Shown here: positions 29,422-40,646 of the stretch, piece after piece
Layout of the letters: each line of letters begins with the position of its first letter
How positions within the stretch are numbered: the first letter of the stretch is position 1
IMG/VR virus record: IMGVR_UViG_3300015050_001523
Span: 224,001 to 288,000 of that record
DNA length: 64,000 nt
DNA from: a virus
Taxonomy: Duplodnaviria > Caudoviricetes
Direction: 5' to 3' (one strand)
The notes under the pieces: model-generated
What the model saw: only the letters and a program-made list of their open reading frames with translations
Database searches by the model: none
Told to the model about the DNA's origin: nothing
Made by a program: the position numbers and the translations under genes

Positions 29422-30336
29422 ATGGCTGGTATATTAAATAATAAAGAAAGAATTCTTGATTCAATTATAACTCTTGAGGGACGCCGCCAGATTATTGGCG
29501 GCAAATTAAAAATTGAGTTTGCCTCTTTTAGTGATCGATTGACTTTTTATGAGGCTGATATAGCATCAGGCTCATCTGATGCTAGTAATCGTATTTATTT
29601 TGAAGCAGTTTCTTTACCTCAAGATCAAGTAACATTAGAAGCTGATGACTCTGGCAGATTGTTGTCTTTTGAAGGGCGAAATTTCACAAAAATTGTACAA
29701 GGAAAAGCTGTAGTAAGTGGTTCTTTTTTGACCGATAGTTCGCAATATGCAAGTACAGCAGATGACTTGTTGGCGGATTCTTTTAATAACTTTACGAGTT
29801 TGAGATCCATTGGGAGTATGGATTTTTTTAGAGACGATAAAAATTTTTTAATATCTCCACAAAATGTAAGATTTAAAATAACAGACAAAAGACCTTTAGG
29901 CAATGATGATATTCAATCAATTGGAATAGATAAGGCAGAATCTTTTTTCCAAGATAAAAGATTGTCTCATATTAAGAATTTTAAATTTTTGCCACCTAAA
30001 AATAAAAAAACAATAACAGATCCTAATGGTTCATCACTGGGAGAGTACAAACAATTATCTCAACCTGAAATATTATCAATTGAAGAATTAAAAAAGAGTT
30101 TACTCTATAAAGATTTTGAAACAATATATTTTTCTGAATCTTCAAGATTTAATAATATTTTTTGTCAATTCTTTGAAATTACAGGGAATGATATTAAAAA
30201 ATTAGATGTTATTGACTTTGGATTATTTCCTTCGGCTGAAGGAGACGATATTCATGTTTTTTTTGTTGGAAAAATATTTGTTGACAATCTTAACAGAAGT
30301 ACATTTATAAACCTTTTCACTTTGGTTTTTGAGTAA
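29422..30336 (+). CDS. Baseplate-associated protein, paralogue of 38679..39386
   Basis: N-terminus MAGILNNKERILDSIITLEGRRQI aligns with MGFLDHTTNNIILDAVLTDSGRQAL. Confidence 0.6.
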   Translation: MAGILNNKERILDSIITLEGRRQIIGGKLKIEFASFSDRLTFYEADIASGSSDASNRIYFEAVSLPQDQVTLEADDSGRLLSFEGRNFTKIVQGKAVVSGSFLTDSSQYASTADDLLADSFNNFTSLRSIGSMDFFRDDKNFLISPQNVRFKITDKRPLGNDDIQSIGIDKAESFFQDKRLSHIKNFKFLPPKNKKTITDPNGSSLGEYKQLSQPEILSIEELKKSLLYKDFETIYFSESSRFNNIFCQFFEITGNDIKKLDVIDFGLFPSAEGDDIHVFFVGKIFVDNLNRSTFINLFTLVFE

Positions 30337-30339
30337 ATT

Positions 30340-32742
30340 ATGAAACATCAAACAAAAAACAAAAATGAAAATATAATTTCATTAGATTCTGAAGATTTTG
30401 CATCTTTAATTGATTTTGGACAAAAAGTGGTTTATGAATTTAGGTATTCTATCAACATTCCGGCAGCATTAAAAGCAGGAGCGCAAAAAGTTGAGATTTC
30501 TACATTTACATCAAGTAAGCCGAAACCACCTTCCATATTTACTTCTAATTCTATTTCAAATAAGCCATCTTCTTTGACTTTGGTTAAAAACATACAACAA
30601 ATAACTGCTGTAAAAAAAGATATAAAAAATGCAAATACAAATGCAAAATTTTCTAATTCAATAAGTGATTTTACTACAAAGGCAAGTAATGATTCTTTGT
30701 TTTCTTCATTTAAAAATAAAGTATTTAAATTGGCACTAGCTCCATCTATAAATCAAAAGAAAGCAATTGAGCCAATATTAAAAATAAGTAATTTTCCTTC
30801 TTCATCAATTATACAATCTCCAAAATCATTATCTGTAAAAGGAATTCTTCAAAATAAACAAGACCCTTCAAACATTCAAGCATCATTTTCTGTTGGCGCT
30901 TCAAAAGCGATTCAAGGAGTTATTACCCCTTCTCAAACATCATTAAAAACTCTTCCTTTATCTTCATTGAAGATTTCTCAAAAAATATTAAAACAAAAAG
31001 GAATAACAACATCTCAACAGGCATCAGACAATACAATTATTCCAATTTTAGTTCAAGAAGATACAAATTTCGCAAATGTAAAAAAAATTATTGAATTCGA
31101 GCCAAATACTTTAGGAAATTCGCCTGATTTTATAGTGCAATTTAGTTTGCTTGGAGTAAATGGGTTAGTAATTGAAAAAATACAAAGAACCGTTGAGCAT
31201 TCACAAAACATTAGAGTTATCCAAACTCCAACTATACCCCCAGTTGTTTCATCAGTTACTTTGCCTGCAAGAAACTTATTGACAATAATTCAAAAAGATC
31301 CATTGGCAAAATCTGTTGATATATTTAGAAAAATTTTTAACAGAACACAAAGACTAGAAGAACAAAAATATACATTTGTTGCAAATGTACCTGTGGATAA
31401 AATGAAAGGGCCAGTTCCATTTGAAGACCTCATTGGAAACGCCTCAGACATTATTTACAGGGTTATTCCTAAAGGCGGTCAGCAACAGCTTGGTTCGGTG
31501 TTTACAAACAAGGTAGTAAATGCTTACAGGTTTGGACTTTCAAGAGAAAGAACATCAAGACTTCTTTACGCTGGGATTGTTGCTCAGTCAGATCCAAAAG
31601 GAATAAAAATTGATGTCTTTTCTTTACCTCCTGGTGTTTCTGCAATTAAGTTATTGTGCAGAGACAAAACAAGAAATGATACAAATTTTAAAATTGTTCC
31701 TTCTTTTATAGGGAGGAATGAAACAACTGTTGTTGGAGATGTTGAACAAACTTATTCTTTTATTGATATATTTTCAAAATATAATAATATTATAGAGTAT
31801 AATTTAATATTATTGTTTGAAAATGGAGATGAAGAGATTTGTACAAATAGAGAAATTTATAAAAATATTCCATTTTCTTTTGGAGTTGTAGATACTTCAA
31901 TTGGCCAGCCAAAAATTCTTCAAACAAAAAGTGGAATTGATATTCAATTTAGTATAAAATCAATTATCAGATCTTCTAATGCATCAATTTTGAAAAAAAT
32001 TCTTGAACAACAAGGCCAGGCAGAATTATATAGTGATGAATTACTAGAAGAAAAATCAAGTTTAGATAAAATTATTTCACATCAAATTAGAAGAATAGAT
32101 CTAACAACAGGAGAAACAGTTTTTTTTAGGCCATTTACAGGAACAATGTTTAGTGATGAATTAAATAGAAAAATTGATGGAATTGAACCATTAGTCCCCG
32201 GAAGGGTCTATCGGTATATTGTATCTGCTCTTTTGAGATCTCCAGAAACGATGTTTGAAAAAAACTATAAAAACATTACTAATTCTGTCGGAATTTCTGT
32301 ACAAATTTTACCATTAAAATTCAAACATCCAATAGTTCAAAAATATGGGAATATTGTAACTCCTACTTCTTTATCAGCGAACCATAGCGAATCACAATTC
32401 GAATTTGAAAATATAGGAAATTTTATATATCAAGATGTAAGTATTGATATATCAAAACCTCAAATTTTAGATGCCAGAGTCACAAAATTCAATAAAGAAA
32501 CAAATATTTTAAGATGGAGTGTCAAGGGTGAAAAGGCTTTACTTGATCATTTTTTAATTATTTTAGATAGACTCGGAGATGAAGAAATTATTGGCAAAGT
32601 ACATACAAATTTTAATTCCAATATAATTGAATATATTGATAAAGAAAGTTCAAAAGAGCCTGGGTCATATAGGTATAAAATAATACCAGTATTAAAAGAC
32701 TATAGTCATGGTTCTTCCATAACAACAAAGGAAATAATATAA
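30340..32742 (+). CDS. Large hypothetical protein, possible FN3/Ig-like domains
   Basis: 800 aa; repeated YRVIP/YRYIV/YRYKIIPV strand ends, LRWSV. Confidence 0.55.
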   Translation: MKHQTKNKNENIISLDSEDFASLIDFGQKVVYEFRYSINIPAALKAGAQKVEISTFTSSKPKPPSIFTSNSISNKPSSLTLVKNIQQITAVKKDIKNANTNAKFSNSISDFTTKASNDSLFSSFKNKVFKLALAPSINQKKAIEPILKISNFPSSSIIQSPKSLSVKGILQNKQDPSNIQASFSVGASKAIQGVITPSQTSLKTLPLSSLKISQKILKQKGITTSQQASDNTIIPILVQEDTNFANVKKIIEFEPNTLGNSPDFIVQFSLLGVNGLVIEKIQRTVEHSQNIRVIQTPTIPPVVSSVTLPARNLLTIIQKDPLAKSVDIFRKIFNRTQRLEEQKYTFVANVPVDKMKGPVPFEDLIGNASDIIYRVIPKGGQQQLGSVFTNKVVNAYRFGLSRERTSRLLYAGIVAQSDPKGIKIDVFSLPPGVSAIKLLCRDKTRNDTNFKIVPSFIGRNETTVVGDVEQTYSFIDIFSKYNNIIEYNLILLFENGDEEICTNREIYKNIPFSFGVVDTSIGQPKILQTKSGIDIQFSIKSIIRSSNASILKKILEQQGQAELYSDELLEEKSSLDKIISHQIRRIDLTTGETVFFRPFTGTMFSDELNRKIDGIEPLVPGRVYRYIVSALLRSPETMFEKNYKNITNSVGISVQILPLKFKHPIVQKYGNIVTPTSLSANHSESQFEFENIGNFIYQDVSIDISKPQILDARVTKFNKETNILRWSVKGEKALLDHFLIILDRLGDEEIIGKVHTNFNSNIIEYIDKESSKEPGSYRYKIIPVLKDYSHGSSITTKEII

Positions 32743-32743
32743 A

Positions 32744-35700
32744 ATGCCTACAGGACTAAAAATAAATAATCTCTCATTTGCGAAGATGGGAAATATAAAC
32801 ATTCAAGCCGTAAAGCCACAATCAGAAGATAATAACAATGGAGTTGTAAATGTTCAGGGGGCTATTGTTGTCGGGGCAAATAAAATTGTTGGTCAAAATG
32901 GAGGAAATATTTCTCAAAATGCCAATCTTAAAGTTGTTCCATTTATTAATGAATTCCAAAATTTGCAAGCATCTTTTTCTAAATTAGCACCAATAAAGAT
33001 TTCTAATTTAAAATCTAATAATTTGACAATTTCTCCAATTTCAGCAAAAATATTTGAGCCAATAAAATTAAAAGGTATATCAAATCAAAGGCCAGAAATT
33101 ATTTCATTAACAGATTTTAGTTCAATTTATAAAGGAAATTCTAATTCAATAAGCGATGTTGGAAACTTTATAAATACATCAATGGCCTCCAGAATATTAA
33201 GAATTGAACATATAGAAGCATTGATTGAGTCAATTCAAGAGAACGAAGGAGCAAATAAGATCTTAGAAGAAATATTAAATAAATATGTAGATGAAATTGA
33301 TGAAGCAAATCATACTGTTAGAGTAATGACAAAAATTGCTAAAACAATTGATAATATTAAAAAATCTTTAGATATAAGAAAATCTGACAATTTTTCAGAT
33401 GATAAAATTTCTAAAAATGTTGTTTCTGCCAAATCATATAAAGACTTTCTTGTTGATTTATATGGGTTTAGTGAAAGTGGGGTTGATAATTTTTCCAATA
33501 CCAAATTGATTGGACAATTTTTAATTGATTCTAGAACTACACTTTCACAATATTCTCCATCTCTTTTTGGAACAAGTAGTCCATTATCAATAAATGCTAT
33601 AAATGTTGGAAAAGGATTTCTTGCGAATAAACCAAAAATAAATGATAAATTATTCAATGTAAATTTTGGATTATCAGAAGCCGATTCTGTAGAGCGAGGA
33701 ATTGATAGAGATTTTGGTTCTTACAATGCAAATAAAATTGATATAAATGATGGAAAATTTAATTTTCAAATAAGCTCTTATAAAAATAAATCAACCCCAA
33801 TTCTTGGAACTGAGTTTAATAAATTTATTGATTCGCTGCCAGAAAATGCAATGGATCGAGCAGCATTGCTTATTATGACACTTTCGAAAGAAATGCGAAT
33901 TTCGTCTGGTCTTGGGACTGAAACAATAAAATCTATATTAGTAAATAAACTGGGAGGGAATGATGTTGGAGATCCATTTGAAATTATATTTGGTTCTCCG
34001 GGTGATGATATCTCGGATGTACCAAATGGAACAAATTCTCTTTGTTCTCTTTTGAGATATAAAAATGATTCAAACAATGTAATTCTTCCATTCGAATCAT
34101 TATATGTTCGAGGAGAAAATGGAATTCTCTACATCCCAGGCTCTAAAGAATTAGGAGATTCCATTTTACAATCTGAAATTCCTTTTGATATTAATAAAGT
34201 AAGATTGTTTCAAGAAAGATTATCTGATATATCTTCTGATTCAATGTCATTAATTAAGACTCTTCTTGGAACTGAAAAATTAAAATCTCCATTGAAACCA
34301 ATTGATTTTTTTAATACAATTAGCTGGAATTATGTAGAGGCAATAGACTATATTTTAGGAAATATTCCAACTGAAGTACAGGTTTTGCCATCAGTATGGG
34401 GAGAAGTTTCATTATTGAAGTTAGCCCTCTCAGATCGAGACATTAAGGGTCTTTTATTTGAATATGTATTGGCCCTTGGACTAATAGGAAAGCCTGGAAT
34501 TGGAGAATTTGGAAATAACAATGTTGAGTCTTTTTTTAGAGATATGTCTCTTGAAGAAATAAAAAAATGGGGGGATCTTCCATCAATAAAACAAGATAAA
34601 AGTTTAAATCAAAATACAATAACAAATTTAAATGATGCTCTTGCATTTTTAAATGCAAGCCCAGAAGACATTGAGAATCAAAATAATGATGATTTATCAA
34701 AATCTCTAACAACAGATTCTATTACTGGTTATACAGTCCTTGCATTATTGGTTCAAACTATTATAAATAAAATGAAGCTAAAAGGAGATATCAATTTCTC
34801 AGGGAAACCTGTTATTCTTAATATGTTATTTACTCATTTAATTTCAACTAAAAATTTAGTTTTCTTAAATAGAATAGTTGATTTTATTTCAAATATTGCT
34901 AAAACTTCACAAAACTTTGTTGAAAATGGCAAAACAAGATTTAATAGATTGAGCTATACAACAATTGCAGCAATTTCTTTTGAAGCATTTTTTGCTTATT
35001 TAGAACCCTTGCTTGATGGAATATCTTCCCCAAATGCGAATGATGAACTGGTAACATTTACAATTGATATTGATTCATTAAAAAATTCTAAAAATATTGT
35101 TGAAACAATATTGAGCAATTTTAATTTGGCATCAAAGCCTTCTAATTCGAAACAAGTATCGCAATTTAAGTCCTTGAAGCAGGGAAATGCTTTAAATTCT
35201 CCAATTAATAATTTAGGTTCAAAACTTCGAAAGGAAGAAGAAATAGTAAATCAAATTATATTAAGATTAAAAAGAACATTTAATTTGGTTGAAAATGCAA
35301 CATCTGATGCTGTTGATTATTTTAGAACTGATAGTAAAAATTATGAATCTTTAAAGAAACTTGTTGAAGAACAAGGAGGAAAAGAAAGAATTGCCCTTAT
35401 AGACGAAGCTCAATTTATTTTATCAAGAAAGGCACAATCTGATTTTTATGATGGTGATGGAATAAATCTTGCAACAAAGGGAACATTAACATTTAGAGGT
35501 GGTGCTGATTCGAAAAAACGGGCCGATAATACTACAATTAAAAGAACAAGGATGAAAAAGATCCAATCTCCTATTTTTATAGATGGCTCTATTATTTCAT
35601 CAAATGAAAAAAAATTAATGGAAATTATTTTAAATAATCCAAAATTTAAAGGAAGTAGATCAGAGAATTTAAAAATTCTAACTGTAGGAATCCCGGCTGG

Positions 35701-36709
35701 CTTTAGCAATTCATTTTCTTCTGAAGTCTCTATAACAGAAGAAAATGCAAATAAAATATTAAATAAACAATCAGATGTAATTTCAATTAATGTTTATAAA
35801 AGAAGTATAGAATTTGAAGATATTGTTTTTAAACCGCAATCTTTTATTTTTGAACTTTCAAGATTTGTTACAAGGCCAAAAATAAATAAAAATAAAATAG
35901 TTTCAACAAATTATGTTGAATTTTTAAATAATCAAAGTATTTCATTGACAAGAGATTTTTCTGCATTTGGAGAAGATGAAAATCAAAATAAAGAAGACTT
36001 TTTTGAAAACAAAGAATATAGTTTTTTGACAAAGTCTCAAAAAGAAAATTTGGCAATTAATCATGTAGAAAGTTTTATTCTTGGAATGTATTTACGTTTA
36101 TTGATTGGTATTTCTACAGATGAGAACGACTTTTTGGTAAATGATGAATTATTTGAAGGAATGATAGATCCTGACTCTAAGTCAAAATTTAATGATTTGA
36201 TTTTAACGTATGTAAAAGGAGTAACTCAACAACCAATTACTTTAGAACAATTAAAGCAATCATCTCCACAAATTAGCGCACTTTTAGGAAAAATTGAAAC
36301 ACTTTCATTAAATACATCATTTGCAGAACAAGTAAATCCACCAATATTACCAGGGGTTTCAATATCAAAAAGAATTGAATTAACAGAAGATATAATTAAT
36401 TTTGTAAAATTGTATAGTCCAAAATCTTTATTGACAGGCGGAAAAACTCATGCATTAAGAATAACTTCTCCAAAAATATTTGAAAGAATATATAATATTG
36501 CTGTAGATCCTGATGATTTTGAAATTGATTTTGATAAAACTCTTGAAACAGTATCTGGAAAGGCTATGTATGTGGTTCTTGAAAAAAAGGGAATGCTTAT
36601 AAAATCAAAAGATGGAAAAATTAAAATTAAAGAAAGAAATAAAAATAATACGATTTCATTAGATCAATTTTTTATTAATATATCAACTATGCAATCTGTA
36701 GAGGAGTAA
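32744..36709 (+). CDS. Very large hypothetical protein (1321 aa)
   Basis: Uninterrupted ORF, N/I/S/K-rich, no motif recognised. Confidence 0.6.
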   Translation: MPTGLKINNLSFAKMGNINIQAVKPQSEDNNNGVVNVQGAIVVGANKIVGQNGGNISQNANLKVVPFINEFQNLQASFSKLAPIKISNLKSNNLTISPISAKIFEPIKLKGISNQRPEIISLTDFSSIYKGNSNSISDVGNFINTSMASRILRIEHIEALIESIQENEGANKILEEILNKYVDEIDEANHTVRVMTKIAKTIDNIKKSLDIRKSDNFSDDKISKNVVSAKSYKDFLVDLYGFSESGVDNFSNTKLIGQFLIDSRTTLSQYSPSLFGTSSPLSINAINVGKGFLANKPKINDKLFNVNFGLSEADSVERGIDRDFGSYNANKIDINDGKFNFQISSYKNKSTPILGTEFNKFIDSLPENAMDRAALLIMTLSKEMRISSGLGTETIKSILVNKLGGNDVGDPFEIIFGSPGDDISDVPNGTNSLCSLLRYKNDSNNVILPFESLYVRGENGILYIPGSKELGDSILQSEIPFDINKVRLFQERLSDISSDSMSLIKTLLGTEKLKSPLKPIDFFNTISWNYVEAIDYILGNIPTEVQVLPSVWGEVSLLKLALSDRDIKGLLFEYVLALGLIGKPGIGEFGNNNVESFFRDMSLEEIKKWGDLPSIKQDKSLNQNTITNLNDALAFLNASPEDIENQNNDDLSKSLTTDSITGYTVLALLVQTIINKMKLKGDINFSGKPVILNMLFTHLISTKNLVFLNRIVDFISNIAKTSQNFVENGKTRFNRLSYTTIAAISFEAFFAYLEPLLDGISSPNANDELVTFTIDIDSLKNSKNIVETILSNFNLASKPSNSKQVSQFKSLKQGNALNSPINNLGSKLRKEEEIVNQIILRLKRTFNLVENATSDAVDYFRTDSKNYESLKKLVEEQGGKERIALIDEAQFILSRKAQSDFYDGDGINLATKGTLTFRGGADSKKRADNTTIKRTRMKKIQSPIFIDGSIISSNEKKLMEIILNNPKFKGSRSENLKILTVGIPAGFSNSFSSEVSITEENANKILNKQSDVISINVYKRSIEFEDIVFKPQSFIFELSRFVTRPKINKNKIVSTNYVEFLNNQSISLTRDFSAFGEDENQNKEDFFENKEYSFLTKSQKENLAINHVESFILGMYLRLLIGISTDENDFLVNDELFEGMIDPDSKSKFNDLILTYVKGVTQQPITLEQLKQSSPQISALLGKIETLSLNTSFAEQVNPPILPGVSISKRIELTEDIINFVKLYSPKSLLTGGKTHALRITSPKIFERIYNIAVDPDDFEIDFDKTLETVSGKAMYVVLEKKGMLIKSKDGKIKIKERNKNNTISLDQFFINISTMQSVEE

Positions 36710-36712
36710 TAA

Positions 36713-38674
36713 ATGTCATCAGTATCTTTTCCATCAAAACCATCTTTAGTGGCTGATACCCCTGAAGTACAAAAATTTTCTGGTGTCTTTGTTTATAATT
36801 TTTTCACTCCAGACGAAAGAATAAATGATCAAGGAACAACTCCTGATAACATCATTAAGAAAGGATCAAAATCCTTTGACAAAGGAACAACCAATACATT
36901 AAGTAAAGTACCTCGATTTGTTCGTTTATCTTGGGGACAAGTAAAAATAATAGAACCAGAATTTAATTTATCTCCATTAGTGAATATTGGATCTTCTGGG
37001 CTTTCTGTTGAAAATCAAAATTTTATTAAAAAGAATTATTCTAAAGTTCTTAGAGAGGAGAGCTTTGGGAATTATGGATTTTCAGGTATAGAATTTCAAG
37101 ATACTGCAATTGATGGAAAATTGCATTTATTAGTAAGTGGTACAGTTGCAAAATTTATAAATTCAAACAATGTGCGACTTGCAAATACAGTCAATGATCA
37201 ATTAGAATTTATTTCACAAAAAATTGATACAAATAATGTTTCTTTATTAGATGTTAGTAAATTTCTTTCAAAAGATCTAAGTAAAGAAAATCTTTCAAAT
37301 CAATTAATTATTGATTCTTTAACAAACTTAAGATCGGCTGGTGCTCGTTTTTATACAGAAGATCAACAAAAAGAATTGATTGAGAAGAAATTTGAAGCAC
37401 TTAAAAATGTAAAAACTCGTTCTAGAATTAATAATAAATTTATTAAAACATTTTTAACTTCTATTGCAAATGATTCTTTAGGGTTTTTTGCAGATGAAGT
37501 TGGTCCATTGCTTTTGGATGCCGATGAAATTCAGACAGAAATGGTACAAAGCACTAATCCTGACTCTATTGAAGAAGCAGAATATGATATTTTTGTTGAT
37601 CCAATTTCACTAAGGTCTGCTCCTAAAGATTCTACATTTTTACCAACAAGAAAGCATATTGGTTATATAATTGATAAATATCAAAAAAGTTCAAATGGTT
37701 CGATAACAGAACTTGAGCCGATTATTGTAGAAAATGCAGAAACAACATCTACATTAGATTCTCGTATAGCATATGGAACTTCATATATTTATCAAATTAG
37801 GGCAATATATTTATTAGAGTTTCAAAGCTTTTCTGACGATGATGACCAAATGGCCATATCTACTGTTTTAATTAGCTCTGCGGCATCACAAAGAGTCATT
37901 GTAAATGCCGAGGAAGTAGTCCCTCCTCCTCCTCCTGCTGATATAAATATCTTTTGGGACTATTCTGAGCAAAGTCCATGCATCTCTTGGAGCTTCCCAG
38001 TGAATCCACAAAGGGATATTAAAAGATGGCAAGTTTTTAGAAGAAAGACTGTTGATGAGGCTTTTGAATTATTGGTAGAAATCGATTTTGATGATAGTGC
38101 AGTAATAACTCAAAATTTTGAAAAAGTAAATATTAATTTAAAAACTAGACTAACAAGTCCTCAAAATTTTTGGATTGATGAAGACTTTAAAAAAGATGAT
38201 AAATTTATTTATACTGTTGGAAGTGTAGATGCTCATGGAATGAGTTCTAATTATGGAATGCAATTTGAAATAAAATTCAATAGATATAATAATAATATTG
38301 AAAAAAAGCTTATATCCGGTTCTGGTGCTCCAAAGCCTTATCCTAATATGTTTTTAAATACTGATACATTTGTTGATGTAATGAAGGATAGTAATCATAA
38401 AAAAATGAAAATTTATTTTGATCCTGAATATTTAGAAGTAGTTAAGAATGGCTCAAAGTCTGAATCTGTAATCAAGGTTTCAAATAACGGTGCAAGTTAT
38501 AAAATGCAAATGATAAATGTAGACTTCCAGCAATCTCAAATACTTGATATCGGTATAGATGATTTTAGAACTATAAAAAAAGACTCTGATTCACCAGGTG
38601 GAATTGGAGATTCTAAAATTTTAGGATATAAGGTATATATTGAAAACGATTCTAATGATATAGTTAAAGGATAA
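36713..38674 (+). CDS. Hypothetical virion protein with FN3-like modules
   Basis: YGTSYIYQIRAI; PPPPPAD...ISWSFP...WQVFRR...FIYTVGSVDAHGMSSNY. Confidence 0.55.
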   Translation: MSSVSFPSKPSLVADTPEVQKFSGVFVYNFFTPDERINDQGTTPDNIIKKGSKSFDKGTTNTLSKVPRFVRLSWGQVKIIEPEFNLSPLVNIGSSGLSVENQNFIKKNYSKVLREESFGNYGFSGIEFQDTAIDGKLHLLVSGTVAKFINSNNVRLANTVNDQLEFISQKIDTNNVSLLDVSKFLSKDLSKENLSNQLIIDSLTNLRSAGARFYTEDQQKELIEKKFEALKNVKTRSRINNKFIKTFLTSIANDSLGFFADEVGPLLLDADEIQTEMVQSTNPDSIEEAEYDIFVDPISLRSAPKDSTFLPTRKHIGYIIDKYQKSSNGSITELEPIIVENAETTSTLDSRIAYGTSYIYQIRAIYLLEFQSFSDDDDQMAISTVLISSAASQRVIVNAEEVVPPPPPADINIFWDYSEQSPCISWSFPVNPQRDIKRWQVFRRKTVDEAFELLVEIDFDDSAVITQNFEKVNINLKTRLTSPQNFWIDEDFKKDDKFIYTVGSVDAHGMSSNYGMQFEIKFNRYNNNIEKKLISGSGAPKPYPNMFLNTDTFVDVMKDSNHKKMKIYFDPEYLEVVKNGSKSESVIKVSNNGASYKMQMINVDFQQSQILDIGIDDFRTIKKDSDSPGGIGDSKILGYKVYIENDSNDIVKG

Positions 38675-38678
38675 TAAT

Positions 38679-39386
38679 ATGGGTTTTTTAGATCATACAA
38701 CAAATAATATCATACTTGATGCGGTGCTAACCGATAGTGGCCGGCAAGCACTGGCCAGAAATGATGGCTCATTTTCATTTGTAAAATTTGCTTTTGGCGA
38801 TGATGAAGTCGATTATTCAATTATTCCAAAGTTTGGAAGAGTTGTTGGAAAAGAAAAAATTGAAAAAAATACTCCTGTATTTGAAGGACTTACAAACCAA
38901 AATTTTTCTCAAAAAGCTAGAATGGTCAGCATCTCCAATCCAAATTTGGTTAGATTACCAACTCTTGGAATAACAGGAGAAAATTTGGCTAATGATATTG
39001 TTTCTCTTGGTGCAACTCTTACAAAATCTTCAACCATAACAGTTTCTCAAACAATCCAAAATGAAGATAATATTGATGCTGAATTGAGGGATCAGGGATT
39101 TGAGGTTTCATTAAATAATGAATTTTTGCAAATTCAAGGGCAAGTTCCTGACATTATAGATGGAACAAGAACTGCGACTTATATATTAAGACGAGATCCA
39201 ACAGAAACTTCTGTTGGAGGTTCTAGACTAACTCTAACGCTTGTTGTTAGCTCAATCTCAAATGCAGAATTTACAGTGTTCGGAACTGCAAATAATAAAA
39301 ATCTAATTAGAACATTTATTAAAATAAAAGGTGTTCAAAGTGGAGCAGTAAAAGAAATTGAAGTTCAAATCAATAAAACAACATAA
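38679..39386 (+). CDS. Baseplate/tail-fibre-attachment protein
   Basis: ILDAVLTDSGRQALA...FVKFAFGDDEVDY resembles the N-terminus of tail-collar/fibre-attachment proteins. Confidence 0.55.
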   Translation: MGFLDHTTNNIILDAVLTDSGRQALARNDGSFSFVKFAFGDDEVDYSIIPKFGRVVGKEKIEKNTPVFEGLTNQNFSQKARMVSISNPNLVRLPTLGITGENLANDIVSLGATLTKSSTITVSQTIQNEDNIDAELRDQGFEVSLNNEFLQIQGQVPDIIDGTRTATYILRRDPTETSVGGSRLTLTLVVSSISNAEFTVFGTANNKNLIRTFIKIKGVQSGAVKEIEVQINKTT

Positions 39387-39397
39387 GGAAACGATAA

Positions 39398-40636
39398 ATG
39401 GCAGTTTTTAAAGAATTAACACCTAACGACATTAAAACGGCTAGATCGTTTTTGAATCAGCTTATTGACATTACTCAAGAAGACATAAGTGGAAGCATAA
39501 CAAGGCAGAGATATGAGGCATTTGTAACCGGCGGAGTAGGTCCTGGGGTTACATCTTCCTTATTTCAAACGGTCCACGATCAAGATCTGTCTCTTTCTAC
39601 GGCAAATGAAGTCTTAGATATGACAATTGGTCTATATTTTTCTGGCTCGACTGTTCAAAATATAAAAACAGGAGAAGATTCTGCTGGCAAGCTTTTATTC
39701 CCATCTACATCATTGATGATGAGAGAAAAGATAGATATTTACAAACAACATGCCTTGGTTTTGCTTGGTAACGTAAATGGACAATTTGCATCACCATTTG
39801 GCCAAACTGGAAATAGTTTAATCGATGAAGCACTATTTCTTGATTTTAAAAGATTGTTTTTCCGCGATGGAATAAAGCGTGAAACATTTGCAATGCAATT
39901 CTATGTAACATCTTCAAATAATGGAGCTGTTGCATCTGCTAGCATGGCTCCAAATCTTAAAAGGACTTCTGAATATGGAATAAAGATATTTACAGATGCA
40001 GGAGCCGCCGCCAATCAAGAAGTTTCTTTTGGAGGAAAGGTCTCTAATATTGTAGATTCTACAGATACTACAAATAATGTTGGACTTCTTTTTAATGACC
40101 AAGGAATTGTTGTTTTAGATCTTTCAAAAGTAATTGCTGGAGGAGAATTTGTTACTGGAGTTATTTCTGCAATGAGCCCAGCAGCAATCCCTGGGAATAC
40201 TGATACTGCTGCCGGAACTACTCTAATTGGAGATTTAACAAAGAGTGGAAATCCAAATGCAACTTTTATCCCAGATTTTATGACATCTGGTTCAATTGAT
40301 AATATTATTGACCATATTGCATCTACAAGATTTAGCTCTGGTTCTTTGACTTCGGTAACATTTCAAAATCAAACAATTATTAATTCAACTCTTGTATTTG
40401 CTCGGGCAACAGCAGATGAGTTTAATTACAGTTCAAATTCTACATTTGTAGATAGCGATAATAGAATTGTGGTAATTGATGAAGGACAAGAAGATGTTCA
40501 GCAAACATTTACATTTATAACTTCTGTTGGATTGTATGATTCAAATAATAAGTTATTGGCCGTTGCAAAATTGTCACGTCCAGTTGAAAAAAATCCTGAA
40601 AAAGATATTAGCTTTAGAATTAGATTAGATTTCTAA
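39398..40636 (+). CDS. Baseplate/tail structural protein
   Basis: C-terminal EFNYSSNSTF...FITSVGLYDSNNKLLAVAKLSRPVEK...IRLDF tail-collar-like motif. Confidence 0.6.
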   Translation: MAVFKELTPNDIKTARSFLNQLIDITQEDISGSITRQRYEAFVTGGVGPGVTSSLFQTVHDQDLSLSTANEVLDMTIGLYFSGSTVQNIKTGEDSAGKLLFPSTSLMMREKIDIYKQHALVLLGNVNGQFASPFGQTGNSLIDEALFLDFKRLFFRDGIKRETFAMQFYVTSSNNGAVASASMAPNLKRTSEYGIKIFTDAGAAANQEVSFGGKVSNIVDSTDTTNNVGLLFNDQGIVVLDLSKVIAGGEFVTGVISAMSPAAIPGNTDTAAGTTLIGDLTKSGNPNATFIPDFMTSGSIDNIIDHIASTRFSSGSLTSVTFQNQTIINSTLVFARATADEFNYSSNSTFVDSDNRIVVIDEGQEDVQQTFTFITSVGLYDSNNKLLAVAKLSRPVEKNPEKDISFRIRLDF

Positions 40637-40646
40637 TGAGGAATAA

